Of a DNA stretch of 64,000 nt, positions 53,620-64,000 are shown in pieces. The stretch is taken from the NCBI GenBank assembly GCA_028534125.1, contig CM052817.1:83144001-83208000 (forward strand). The letters run 5' to 3'. A program made the position numbers and the translations under genes. Every line of letters begins with the position of its first letter. Positions within the stretch are counted from its first letter, which is position 1. The stretch comes from Lama glama. Its lineage: Eukaryota. Below the pieces are notes generated by a model. That model ran no database searches. It was not told where the DNA came from and saw only the letters and a program-made list of their open reading frames with translations.

Positions 53620-53830
53620 TCAGGGTTTAGAGTTACCAGTTTTGAATCCAAAATTTTCCACTTTCCACCTTGGAAAATTTTCTTAACCTCTCTGAGCCTT
53701 AGTTTTTTCAACTTAAAACTAAGTCTAACAATATAGTACCTACATTACAGGTTCTTGGGGAGATTAAGTAAGAAAATGGCTATAGAATACAAGGCCTGGT
53801 ACACAGAAATGTTTAGTGATAGCTAAGCAT
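53620..53830. mobile_element. MIR SINE
   Basis: 'ttttgaatcc...cttaacctctctgagccttagttttttcaact...atagtacctac...ggagattaagtaag...gcctggtacacag'. Confidence 0.8.
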
Positions 53831-54739
53831 TGTTTTTTAAGATAAATATTTCATGTGTGTCATAACTAAAGAAATGATTCATCTGCAGCAGGACAGATCA
53901 CATCAAGAAAGTCAGGCCCAGGAGACCAAACAGACCAAAAGGAATAGGCCAGCATAACCGTGCAGTTCAAATGAATAAGCAACAGGTGGTAATCCTTGCA
54001 GTGGAGTGGGCTGGACAGCAGTCAACAGAGCTCCAGGACAGAAAAGGTGCAGAGTTCCACTTCAGAGAGGGGCAGCTTCAGGCAGTGGACCTAGCTTCAT
54101 TTGGCATCAGATTTGAAATCAGATTTGGCATCCATTCTGACCACTTTTGAGGAAATTTATGGAATCTCAAATAACTAATGTATTAGAAGATTTTGTTTAG
54201 GAGAATAAAGCACAGCATTAGATTGTGTCTACCTAGAAGAATGACTTGATATGCCAGTTGACTAGTCAGTGGACTCATAAGAATCTCCTTGGCAAGGGCC
54301 AAAATTGGCACAGAAATTAGAGATGAGGTTGGACCTGCAGGTAGGTGGTAAGTATTCCAGATGCCAGAGGTAGAAGCCAAGTAGATTATTATTTCATAAA
54401 CATTTACAGTTGGATTCTCATTGCCAAAAAGTAACAGTAACAAAATATCTATACCATTGCCTTGGGGATTTCTACTAGTCTCCCATATCAAAATACTATC
54501 ACTGTCCTACCTGATCTCCATTGTAGAGCATACATCTTAGACCTGATTCTTGCTCTCTGTCTGCCCCTCTGGGCCTTAAGTTTTTGGACAGTTTCTTGCT
54601 AACTAGATCAACTGATTTGGAAGTTGGATCATGCTTCATCTTTGCACTGATCCCTCAGAGACTGCCCTCTTACTTTTTGGCCCTGACTCTCCAGACCTTA
54701 ACTTGGCTAGAGGCCCAGATGCTAACTCATATGGGAGGA

Positions 54740-55035
54740 GAGGGAAAAAGGCATTCAGGAAAGGTCATTGAATTTTCAGGCAGAAAAATCAGACTTGAGT
54801 CCAAGCTGTGCCCTGAAAGAGCAGTACAGCTTTGGATAATAACAGCTAACTGTGATTGAGCTCTTTCTAACTAAGTAACATTTAATCATCACAAACCCTT
54901 GAAGTAAATTACATTATTATCTTCATTGTACAATTAAGGAAACCGAGGCACAGAGAGGTTAAATATGCTGCTCAAGGTAAGAAGGCTAGAACATGAGCAG
55001 GATTATTAATCTCGGACAGTTCAGACTCCTAACCA
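54740..55035. mobile_element. MIR SINE fragments
   Basis: 'aaggaaaccgaggcacagagaggttaaatatgctgctcaaggt' is the MIR core. Confidence 0.8.
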
Positions 55036-56524
55036 ATATGCTACATTGCTTCACTGTCACCCAACTTCCTTCAGAGATAGAAACACTTACAGAGCCAACC
55101 TCCATGATATGAGGGATTATGAGCCTAAAAATACCATAAAGTATTAAAAGTGAAAAAGTGATATGGATTCTGTGTTATACAAATATAAATCAATTCTCAT
55201 TATTATTGTGCTTTATCAGTTTTCACTTTTTTAGGATTTTTTTGGGGGTAGGGTGGGCCAGGGAGGGGGAAGGGGCTGCTATACAGAAATCATAGTTCTT
55301 TAGCCTTCTTTTTTCTATCTTTAAAGAAAGAGCCTTTGCAATTAAAATTTACCTATTTTCCTCCCAAGTCATTTGTTTTGGCATATTAAAGTATGACTAT
55401 GTCTGATTCTCCCTATGCCTTTTGCTAACAAAATATTCCTTCCTGACTCATAACTTCATAGTCATTTGAAATAGTAATTTGTTATAATAGAACATACATA
55501 TAACATCCATGCTTTCTTCTCTTCTTTTAATTTGTCCAGGTTCCTAAAGCTTATTTTTTATGTCTTAAGCCTTATGTTAATCATTATTCTTATTGTTTGA
55601 GCTGTCAAACTCCTTTGACATTGCTCTGGCTATACAACTCCTGCTTTCTAGCTATAGGTCTTCAGACTGCAACCTTCACTGCTTCATCTTTCTCATTCCG
55701 TTCTTCCCACTGAGTGATTTTGTTTGTTTGTTTTTGAAACTCATTTCACATCACTCCCTTCCCACCAGTTTTTAGAAGCAGACCAGTAGAACTGAAAATT
55801 GCTACTCTAGAGAGAGTCCCTAAAGGTGCTATTCCTGTCGAGATGACTTTTATACAATTTGTAGGTTCTCAAAATCGCAGATTAGGGCTGCCAAACCAAG
55901 GGCCTACTCCTGGGAAAAGAAATATCAGACAATGCAGGCACAAATGGTTTACAAGAGTCAGGGTTCTAAGGGAAATAGGATGTTCAGGGGCACAAACTTG
56001 GCTAATAGTCTTATAAATTATAACCACTGTTAGCAGAAGCCAAAAAGATGCCCCCAAATAGAATCACCTACTCTGCTCACACATAACCAAACTAAAAGAA
56101 CAAAGAACTGGCACTCAGTCGATCTTCTTAACCTTCCCCTCAAAGAAGAGTGCACCAAATATTCTTACTGCCCTAACCTCAACTTAATGTTTATAATATT
56201 TTTATGTTCTTCCCTTTCTGACATATTTATGACCTATTGTTGGCAGACACTATAGTTGTATCTGGTCTTTTTTATGAATTTTAAGCATTCACTCCTTTTC
56301 TCCCTTTATTATCAGATGGAAAATATCTAAGCAACTACATTCAACCTGTATTATGATCATTTTTTCTGCTTTATACTTCCTTTCATTTAAATTTTTCTTT
56401 TTCTGATACAGAACTTCAGAGAAATCACACAATGACAGGATAGCATCAGCTCTGTCATTCTGATTTTTCCACTCCCCTCCCCATGAGCATGAGAATACTA
56501 TTACAGTGATATGTTAGGGTCTTT

Positions 56525-57990
56525 TTAAAATTAAATAAACTTTCTATTAAAATATAATTAACATAGAACTATAAGGGTGCAAAAATCATAAGTATAAAGG
56601 TAAATGAATTATGAGAATGTTATTTCTCCCAAGTCACTCCCACCAGGTCAAGGAAAGGAATTTCCCAGAACTCTGGAAGCCCTCCTCTACCCAATTACAT
56701 ATGTCCTTCTCAAGGAACCCTGTCCTAGCTTCTAATATCATAAGTTAGTAGTGCCTACTTTTTAACTGCTTGTGGATTCTTTTATATATTGAGAGCTGCT
56801 TCTTTCATTTGCATTGTTCTTTGTATTTATCTATCTTGATACCTGCAGCAGTAGTTATTCATTTTTAATGTGGTACCCCAATCCATTGCATGAATATACT
56901 GCCATTTATTTATCCATTCTGGACATTGGGGTTGTTTCCCAGTTTTTGCTATTATGTATGATATTGCTATGGAAAATCTTAAATTGTCTTTTGGTATACA
57001 TGTATCCATAATTCCACTGGATATATACCTAGCAGAAGAACTGCTAGGAATATGTCTTTAATTTTAATAGATACTTCCAATTTCCCAAAACATTGCAACA
57101 ACAGCCATGAGAGTTCCAATTACTCTATATCCTCACCAACACTAGGTATTATCAGTTTTATGTCTGTTTGTTTGCCATCCTGGTAGGTGTTAGAAGTGTT
57201 TCATTATGGTTTTAACTTGCATTTCCCTGTTTACTAAAGGGGTTGACCATGTTTTCTTATGTTTTTTGACCAACTGGATATCTTCTTTGTGAAATCCCTG
57301 TTCAATATCTTGCCCATTTTTCTGCTCAACGGACAGATTTTCTTTATTGATTCATGATAGTTTCTTTATATCCTTCATCAATTATATGTATAACAATGTT
57401 TGTCAAATGTATAGTAAATATCTTCTCCCACTCTGAGCTTGCCTTTTCACTTATTGATATCTTTCAATGAATAAACATTCTTAATTTAGTGTAGCCCAAT
57501 TTACCATTCTTTTCTTTTATAGTTAGTGCTTTTGTGTCCTTTAAGAAACGTTGCCTGATCTAAGGACATAAATATATGTCTTACGTTATCTTCTCAAAGC
57601 TTTATTGTTTATTTAGCCTGTTACTTTTAGATCAAGAATCAACCTGGAATTTTTTTACATGATTTTATGCAGGGGTCATGTTTGCTTTTTGTTCCATATA
57701 AGTATTGACCCAAACATCACTTCTTCTTAATGAAGAACTATCACTTCCCCACTTACAATGCTAGCTTTGTCACAAATCAAGTATGGTTATGTTTCTGGTC
57801 TCTCTATTCTACTCCATTGCTTTACTAATCTATCTTAGCACCAATATCACAATGTCTCAACTATCTTGTGGAGTAAGACTGAAACATTTTTTTTCCTTTT
57901 CTTTGATATTTCTTAATGAAGAAATTAGCTCTTTGCATTTTTATATGAATTTTAGAATCTAATGGTCAATATTTACCCAATTGTGGTTAA
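56525..57990 (-). mobile_element. Old LINE-1 (L1ME-like) 3' UTR and ORF2 end, antisense
   Basis: 'tccattgcatgaatatactgccatttatttatccattct', 'ggatatatacctagcagaagaactgctagg', 'tttaacttgcatttccctg', 'ctctttgcatttttatatgaattttagaatc'. Minus ORF 56827-57009 has the decayed ORF2 end (QPQCPEWINKWQYIH). Confidence 0.85.
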
Positions 57991-60771
57991 ACTCATTAAA
58001 TTGATTTGTAAGGTTTTTATGTTTTTCAACAGGTAATCAGGCACATAATTTCTTCATGGCATGTCTCAACAAAAGCTTTTTTTTCATATACAACCAAATG
58101 TCCATCCAGCCCCTTTCTGCTGGTCACAGCTTATAGAGCACCCATTTGTACCTTCTGAGATCAGAGAGCACTGATTTGAACATCCCTCCCTGAGGGTGCT
58201 CTGCTCTCCCTGGTTGTCTCTAAAACCAGATCTCTAGAGAAATCAGTATTGGTATTTGATGATTCTACTGTCCTCTAGTTTCTAATCCCCTCTCTTTTCC
58301 TTCTTAAAGATATATTTAGTTAAAACTCCTGACTACGTTTTGTTGGTTATTTTGCCTTTCTCCTATACGTCAATGAAAACAGCAGCCAAAAAGCTGTTAA
58401 GACAAAACTCAGTCTTTCAGAAAATATCAGAGGGAGAATCATTTCCTCTCTTCAACAACGTGATTGTGTGCCTCATTTCTTGAACTAAGATGCCTGCTGT
58501 TAAGACCACTTTTATCTTTAGCCTTTGACTGTAATTTCAGCATAAGTCCACCTTCTTTCCAAGAGAAGGAGAAAAAAAGATTGGCTTTGGAGTCAAAATA
58601 ATTGGGTTCATATCCAGGTTTGACAATCAGTAGCTGTGCTTAAGGCAAATTGTTTGATGAGAAGACTATATGTAATAACGTATTTCAAACATCTAAAATA
58701 GTGTCTGGTGCTTAGGAATTTCTTGTCAATGCTGCCTTTTCATTCTTCTATCTCAGTATAATTCTCTTTCTTAAAACACGGTTTACAGAAATTCTCATCT
58801 TTGTCCTTGGCGCTATGATTAACTTCCCATCTTCATTCTTAATCCTACCATCCCTCTCACTTCTCTTCTATTGGCACTCTATAAAATCTCAATATATAAT
58901 GATTTTATTATTGCTTCTTCTTCTATAATAGTCTTAAGTTCTAATTATATCTGCTTTTATCATTTCTTTACAAATTTTCCATTTTTCTTTTACTTTTGTT
59001 ATTTCTATTCATAATTTCTGTTCATTTTTTTTTTTTGCAGCTGAGTATCTTTGTTGATTCTTATGTTTGCAGCATTCCATGCATCCAGTGTCCTTAGATC
59101 AGTCAGCCCTCTCTGGGCACTGTAGCCTGGCTTGCCAATCATCTCCATCACTGTCCTTTCTGGACATCCCACACCCACAAGCAACTTCTGCACTTGCTTG
59201 TCACCTCTACGATGCTGCAGCATCTTCATCACCTGCTACCTCACCCACCAAAGCCAAGGATGGACATGTCACTCTATTTGAAGCCAATTTAGTTAGAATG
59301 TGTCTCCTCTTCTTTAGCATAACATCTCATCTGATACAATCCACTCAATGTTGCATTAAACATCCATATCATAAACAGATTTTAGCAAAAACAGCTCTTT
59401 TCATTTTTATTCTGCATCTGGGAATGTATCTCTGTGAAATAGGTACCAAGGCAAACATAAAAGAACCCCATTTCTCCAGTGACTAGGCTGTGGTTGGGTC
59501 AGCTCATCTGGCTGACTTCTCCCTTCAGGATGGGTTCTTTCCAAAAAGAACCCTAAGTTCCTCTTACAAAGAAGCACCTGGCAGGCAAATTCCACCAGAT
59601 TCCCAGAGAGGTTCAGATATGTCTAAAGTAGCTATAATCAAGGATAAACAGGTTCCCTACTGCACTGTCTAGTACACCCCCCCTAAAAAAGCCCTTCTAT
59701 TATTTATACACACTGAGCCTAGGAATGTGGCTTCTGGGTTTTTTCTCCTAAAATACAGTTGGATTCCCCTCCCAATACTACCCTTCTTGTAATATATGGG
59801 GAAGGTAGCTCGACCTTTAATAATTTTTTCCTTTCACATTTCATTTGGAGTCATATACATGTACTTATCTGATCTTCTCTATTCAGCAGAATATAAATCT
59901 TCCAAACATGATTGTATCTTTAAGACATTCATATTGTGGTTTGAATAAAGAAAATTCCAACCTTGTAAGATTTTCCTCCCTTACTGACTAGCAAAAATAG
60001 CCACACATCCAGGTCTTTCATGCACAATATATTTTCCTTTTGGTATTTAGTCATATTCCTTGCACTAAGTTACACCCCCGTATCTCTTGCCTCAAATCCC
60101 CAAGGTCTCTTAAAGTTCTCTGTGCTGTTAAGGCATAGAACTATAGCAGGCTCAGATCAGATAGTACAAAGATCAGTAAGTTCAAAAGATTAAGAATCAC
60201 ATTAGGAAACTGAAACAGAATGTTTAAGAGACTCACCCAAGGTCATACAGGTGGAAACACCTACACCAGCACCACTTTATTTATTTTATTTTTTGATGTA
60301 CAGGAAAAATATTATATTTTTTTAAAAAAATTGTCACTGTCACAGCAGAGTTATTTATTTTTTAATTTCACATGCTAGAGTACATTCCTCTTACTATCAC
60401 TTGGTTTTTTCTAAGGGAATAGTTAAATCAAGTACATTCATAAGACAAATCTGCTACATCCAACATAATACAAACCATTACGAACCCAAAGATTAAGGAG
60501 GCTTAAGGAACTTTGGGGGAAGACACAAATATTTCACCCACTTGGCCCCATCCTATCTGGCTAGGATTCTAAGGCAATGATAATGAAAGTGGGTCTTCTT
60601 GTCTTTCTTTTAGGCTGGACTGGGGATCCAGACTGATGAATGAGATATGTAAATTCCTTCCCATCCCTCCCCATCACTCAGGAGTAGCACTGAAATCCAC
60701 AATTTCTTATAATTCTAATTCTTTCACTACATGAACTGACACAAGGAGTGACAGTTCCACTAAAAACTACT

Positions 60772-61815
60772 TAGAGAAAATATCTACAAATAATGCAATT
60801 GACAAAGGCTTAATTTCAAGAATATATAAACAGCTCATATAACTTAATAACAAAAAAACAAACAACCTAATCCAAAAATGGGCAGAAGACCTAAATAAGC
60901 AATTCTCTAGTGAAGACATACAAATGGCCAATAGGCACATGAAAAAATACTCAATATCACTGATTATCAGAGAAATGCAAATAAAAACAAAATGAGGCTA
61001 TCACCTCACACCATTCAGAAAGGCCATCATTCAAAAGTCTATAAATGATAAATGCTGGAGAGAGTGTATAGAAAAAGGAACCCTCCTACACCGCTGGTGG
61101 AAATATAGTTTGATGCAGCCATTCTGGAAAACAATATGGAGATTCCTCAAAAAAAAAATTTAAAAAATGACTTACCATATGATCCAGCAATATCAGTCCT
61201 GGGTATATACCCAGAGGGAATTCTAATTCAAAAAGATACATGAACCCCAATGTTCATAGCAGGATTATATACAATAGCCAAAACATGGAGGCAAACTAAA
61301 TGTCCATCAACAGATGACTGGATAAAGAAGATGTGGTATATTTATACAATGGAATACTATTCAGCCATAAAAAATAAAATAATGCCATCTGCAGCAACAT
61401 GAATGGACATAGAGATCATCATTCTAAGTGAAGTAAGCCAGGAAGAGAAAGAAAAATACCATTTGATATCACTCATATGTGGGATCTAAAAGAAAAAGAA
61501 AAAAAGACACTATGAACTCATCTACAAAGCAGAAACAGACTCGCAGACGTAGTAAAGGATCTTATGGTTACTGGGGAAAGTGGGTGGGAAGGGATAAATT
61601 TGGGAGTTTGTGATTTCCAAATGTTGGCCACTATATATAAAAATAAATTTTAAAAAAGGTTCTTCTGTATAGCACAAGGAACTATATTCAATATCTTATA
61701 ATAAACTTTAATGAAAACGAATATATGTATGTATATGCATGACTGGGACATTGTGCTGTACACCAGAAATTGACACACTGTAACTTACTATACTTCAACA
61801 AAAATAAAAAATAAA
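60772..61815 (+). mobile_element. 5'-truncated lineage-specific LINE-1 (ORF2 C-terminus, 3' UTR, A-rich tail)
   Basis: 'aatccaaaaatgggcagaagacctaaata', 'aaatgtccatcaacagatgactggataaagaagatgtggtatatttatacaatggaatacta', 3' UTR 'gggtgggaagggataaatttgggagttt...gctgtacaccagaaattgacaca', A-rich tail. Confidence 0.95.
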
Positions 61816-62225
61816 CCGTAATACTATTTTCCTCCTTTATTCACATGGTCATAGATATATTTATAATAAGACTTGGTTGTTTTAATAATACTTTATATTT
61901 GTTAAAACAATTTGCCAAATACATTTATTAAAGAATAACAGTCATTCTCCTTTAACTTGTAGTTAGTAACTTGATCAAAACATAGTTCATGGTGTTACCT
62001 TGATGGTTAGTGAATGAAGTAAAAGGCATGGACCCCAAATTCACATGCTAATAGCTCATTTCATTCAAACCAATTATCTCGATTCTCCCATTTATTCAGG
62101 CTTATTTACGGCAAACCAACCTATGCTGTCAAGGATTACATAAAAATTCTTGCTGATGAAACAAATTTGTTCACCAATTTCAAACAAAGGACTTTGTTGC
62201 GTTTCTGAATGAAGAATCAGTGCCT

Positions 62226-62449
62226 GGGTGGGAAGGGATAGACTGGGATTTCAAAATTGTAGAATAGATAAACAAGATTACACTGTATAGCACAGGGAAA
62301 TATACACAAAATGTTATGATAAATCACAGAAAAAAATGTGACAATGAGTGTGTATATGTCCATAATGACTGAAAAATTGTGCTGAACACTGGAATTTGAC
62401 ACAACATAGTAAAATGATTATAAATCAATAAAAAATGTTAAAAAAAAAA
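62226..62449 (+). mobile_element. Young, severely 5'-truncated LINE-1 3' UTR (camelid-type by recall) heading a 3' transduction
   Basis: 'gggtgggaagggatagactgggatttcaaaattgtagaatag...caataaaaaatgttaaaaaaaaaa'. The left TSD precedes it; the matching TSD follows a second A tail at 62932-62945. Confidence 0.92.
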
Positions 62450-62467
62450 CAATGTAAAAGAAACTGC

Positions 62468-62620
62468 AAGATCCTAGAAGTTCTCATCACAAGAAAAAAA
62501 ATTTTTGTGACTATGTGTAGACTTATTATAATCAGTTTATATATATATATATCAAATTATTATGATATACCTGAAACTAATACAATGCTACATGTCAATT
62601 ATATCTCAATTTTAAAAAGC
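62468..62620 (+). mobile_element. Older L1 (L1MA9-like) extreme 3' end, carried within the transduced segment
   Basis: 'aagttctcatcacaagaaaaaaa...tatacctgaaactaatacaatgctacatgtcaattatatctcaat'. Confidence 0.8.
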
Positions 62621-63528
62621 AAATCAAATGTATAAATTTAAATATGAATATGACATATAGAGAGATAAGTGTGTAACATATGGTACTAGTAAAACATACT
62701 TCCAGCCAATGGAAAGGAAGTAATCCATACACAGCCAGTCATTCCCCTTCTGTTCTAGGAGCAAGGGGCATGGCTGGGGGAAAAGTGGCTGAAATGTTAG
62801 TGCACAGGATCTCATCAAACTATGTTTAACTCTTCAGATACAAACTGTTAGTAAGCAAAGTAGTAAAAATGAGTGGAAATTTCCCTAAGGTAAAATATGA
62901 AAAATAAAATTTTCATTCAAATAAAAAAAAAAAGAATCAGCGCCTAGCATTTTTTACTTGATACACTTATTAAGTCACTGTTATATATGTTGACAAACAC
63001 CAATTACCTCACTCCTAGTTCCAAGAATACAAAAAATAATACCATTTGAAAGGAAGACATAAAATAAAGATAGGATCATTCTTCTCTAACACTGAAGAAA
63101 AATCACAAGAGTGAAAAAAATCACGAGTGTAAAAAGCGTGCCATGCTTTCCAAAACTAAATGAGAAATTATTTCAAAGCCATACCTCAGATGGAGACTGA
63201 ATATATTAACCTTTTTAGCTAATTGTAACAGAATAGGAAAGTAAGTTATCTTTATCCATTTAGCACCACCAAGTCCTTATTGCACAATGTACAGTTATAA
63301 TTCTTGCCATTGAATCATGAGTGTCCAGAAGAAGATATGGATTCATTTTAAAGGTCCTTTCTAGTAATTTGAAGATTAAATGCCTCAACTTGATGCAAGT
63401 GAACACAGTTCTCCAATTATCTTTTATGAGTTCAGTTTCTTTGGAAAATTGCTTAAAAGATGTAATACACACACAGCTAGGCTCACTTAACAATGCAGGC
63501 ATAATTCTAGTTCAGAAAATGCAGTTTT

Positions 63529-64000
63529 GGGCAGGTATGATCAAGATGGTAGAATAGGAAGACCCTGAGCTCACCTCTTTCCACTTACACACAAAAATTA
63601 CAACTATTTACAAAGCAACTATCTATGAGAACAGCCTAAAGACTAACAAAAAATAAATATGGAAGTTTTAAAACTCCCAACAAAAATTGAGGAACAGATG
63701 GCTTCACAGCTGAATTCCAGAAAACATTTAAAAAAGAGTTAACATCTATCTTTCTCAAACTATTCCAAAAATATTGGAGAGGAAAAACTGATTTCAAACT
63801 CATTCTATGAGGCCAGTATTACCCTGATACCAAAACCAAAGACACTAAGAAGAAAATTATAAGCCAGTATCAATGATGGACACAGATGTAAAAATACCCA
63901 ACAAAGTATTAGCAAACTGAATTTCAACAATACGTTAAAAGGATCATACACCATGAAGTGGAACTTATATGAGGTATGTAAGGATGTTTCAATACCTACA
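63529..64000 (+). mobile_element. LINE-1 with 5' UTR start joined directly to mid-ORF2; continues past the window end
   Basis: 'tcaagatggtagaataggaagaccctgagctcacctc' (L1 5' end), then from ~63655 'aaaactcccaacaaaa...cagatggcttcacagctgaattcc...aactcattctatgaggccagtattaccctgataccaaaacca' (ORF2). Confidence 0.85.

Noticed and set aside
59067..59486. 139-aa plus-strand ORF after a pyrimidine tract
   Set aside because: No recognisable domain or good donor; the upstream T-rich tract looks like decayed antisense L1 or low complexity.
60755..61830. TSD for the 60.8-61.8 kb L1
   Set aside because: Only a loose AAACTACTT / ATACTATTT resemblance; not supportable.
1..64000. A novel multi-gene system, CRISPR array, operon, tRNA/rRNA gene or mitochondrial insert
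   Set aside because: No long ORFs, regular repeat-spacer arrays or recognisable structural RNA or mtDNA sequence. All ORFs are under 150 aa, and the recognisable ones are L1 debris.

Overview
AT-rich, CpG-poor mammalian non-coding DNA, not prokaryotic: no operons, CRISPR arrays, rRNA or tRNA genes are visible. Much of it is decayed interspersed repeat: LINE-1 of several ages, L2, MIR, MaLR (MLT1) LTRs, ERVL, one ERV1-type solo LTR and hAT DNA transposons. The youngest L1 3' ends resemble camelid-type L1 as I recall them, and I see no Alu, Bov-A, PRE1 or SINEC; a camelid source is an inference. The only ORFs with recognisable protein similarity are broken L1 ORF2 pieces, including the YADD reverse-transcriptase motif. 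L1 orientation bias and one well-formed 64-nt minus-strand exon candidate (48087-48150) suggest introns of an unidentified minus-strand gene. I found no evidence of a new biological system. The best structural observations are a complete L1 3' transduction (62212-62945), a ~150-bp local duplication sitting inside an ERVL remnant, end-less internal L1 fragments (one carrying 86 bp of foreign DNA) and an L1 whose 5' UTR is fused to mid-ORF2. Repeat subfamily names come from recall of consensus sequences, not a search, and boundaries of old repeats are approximate.
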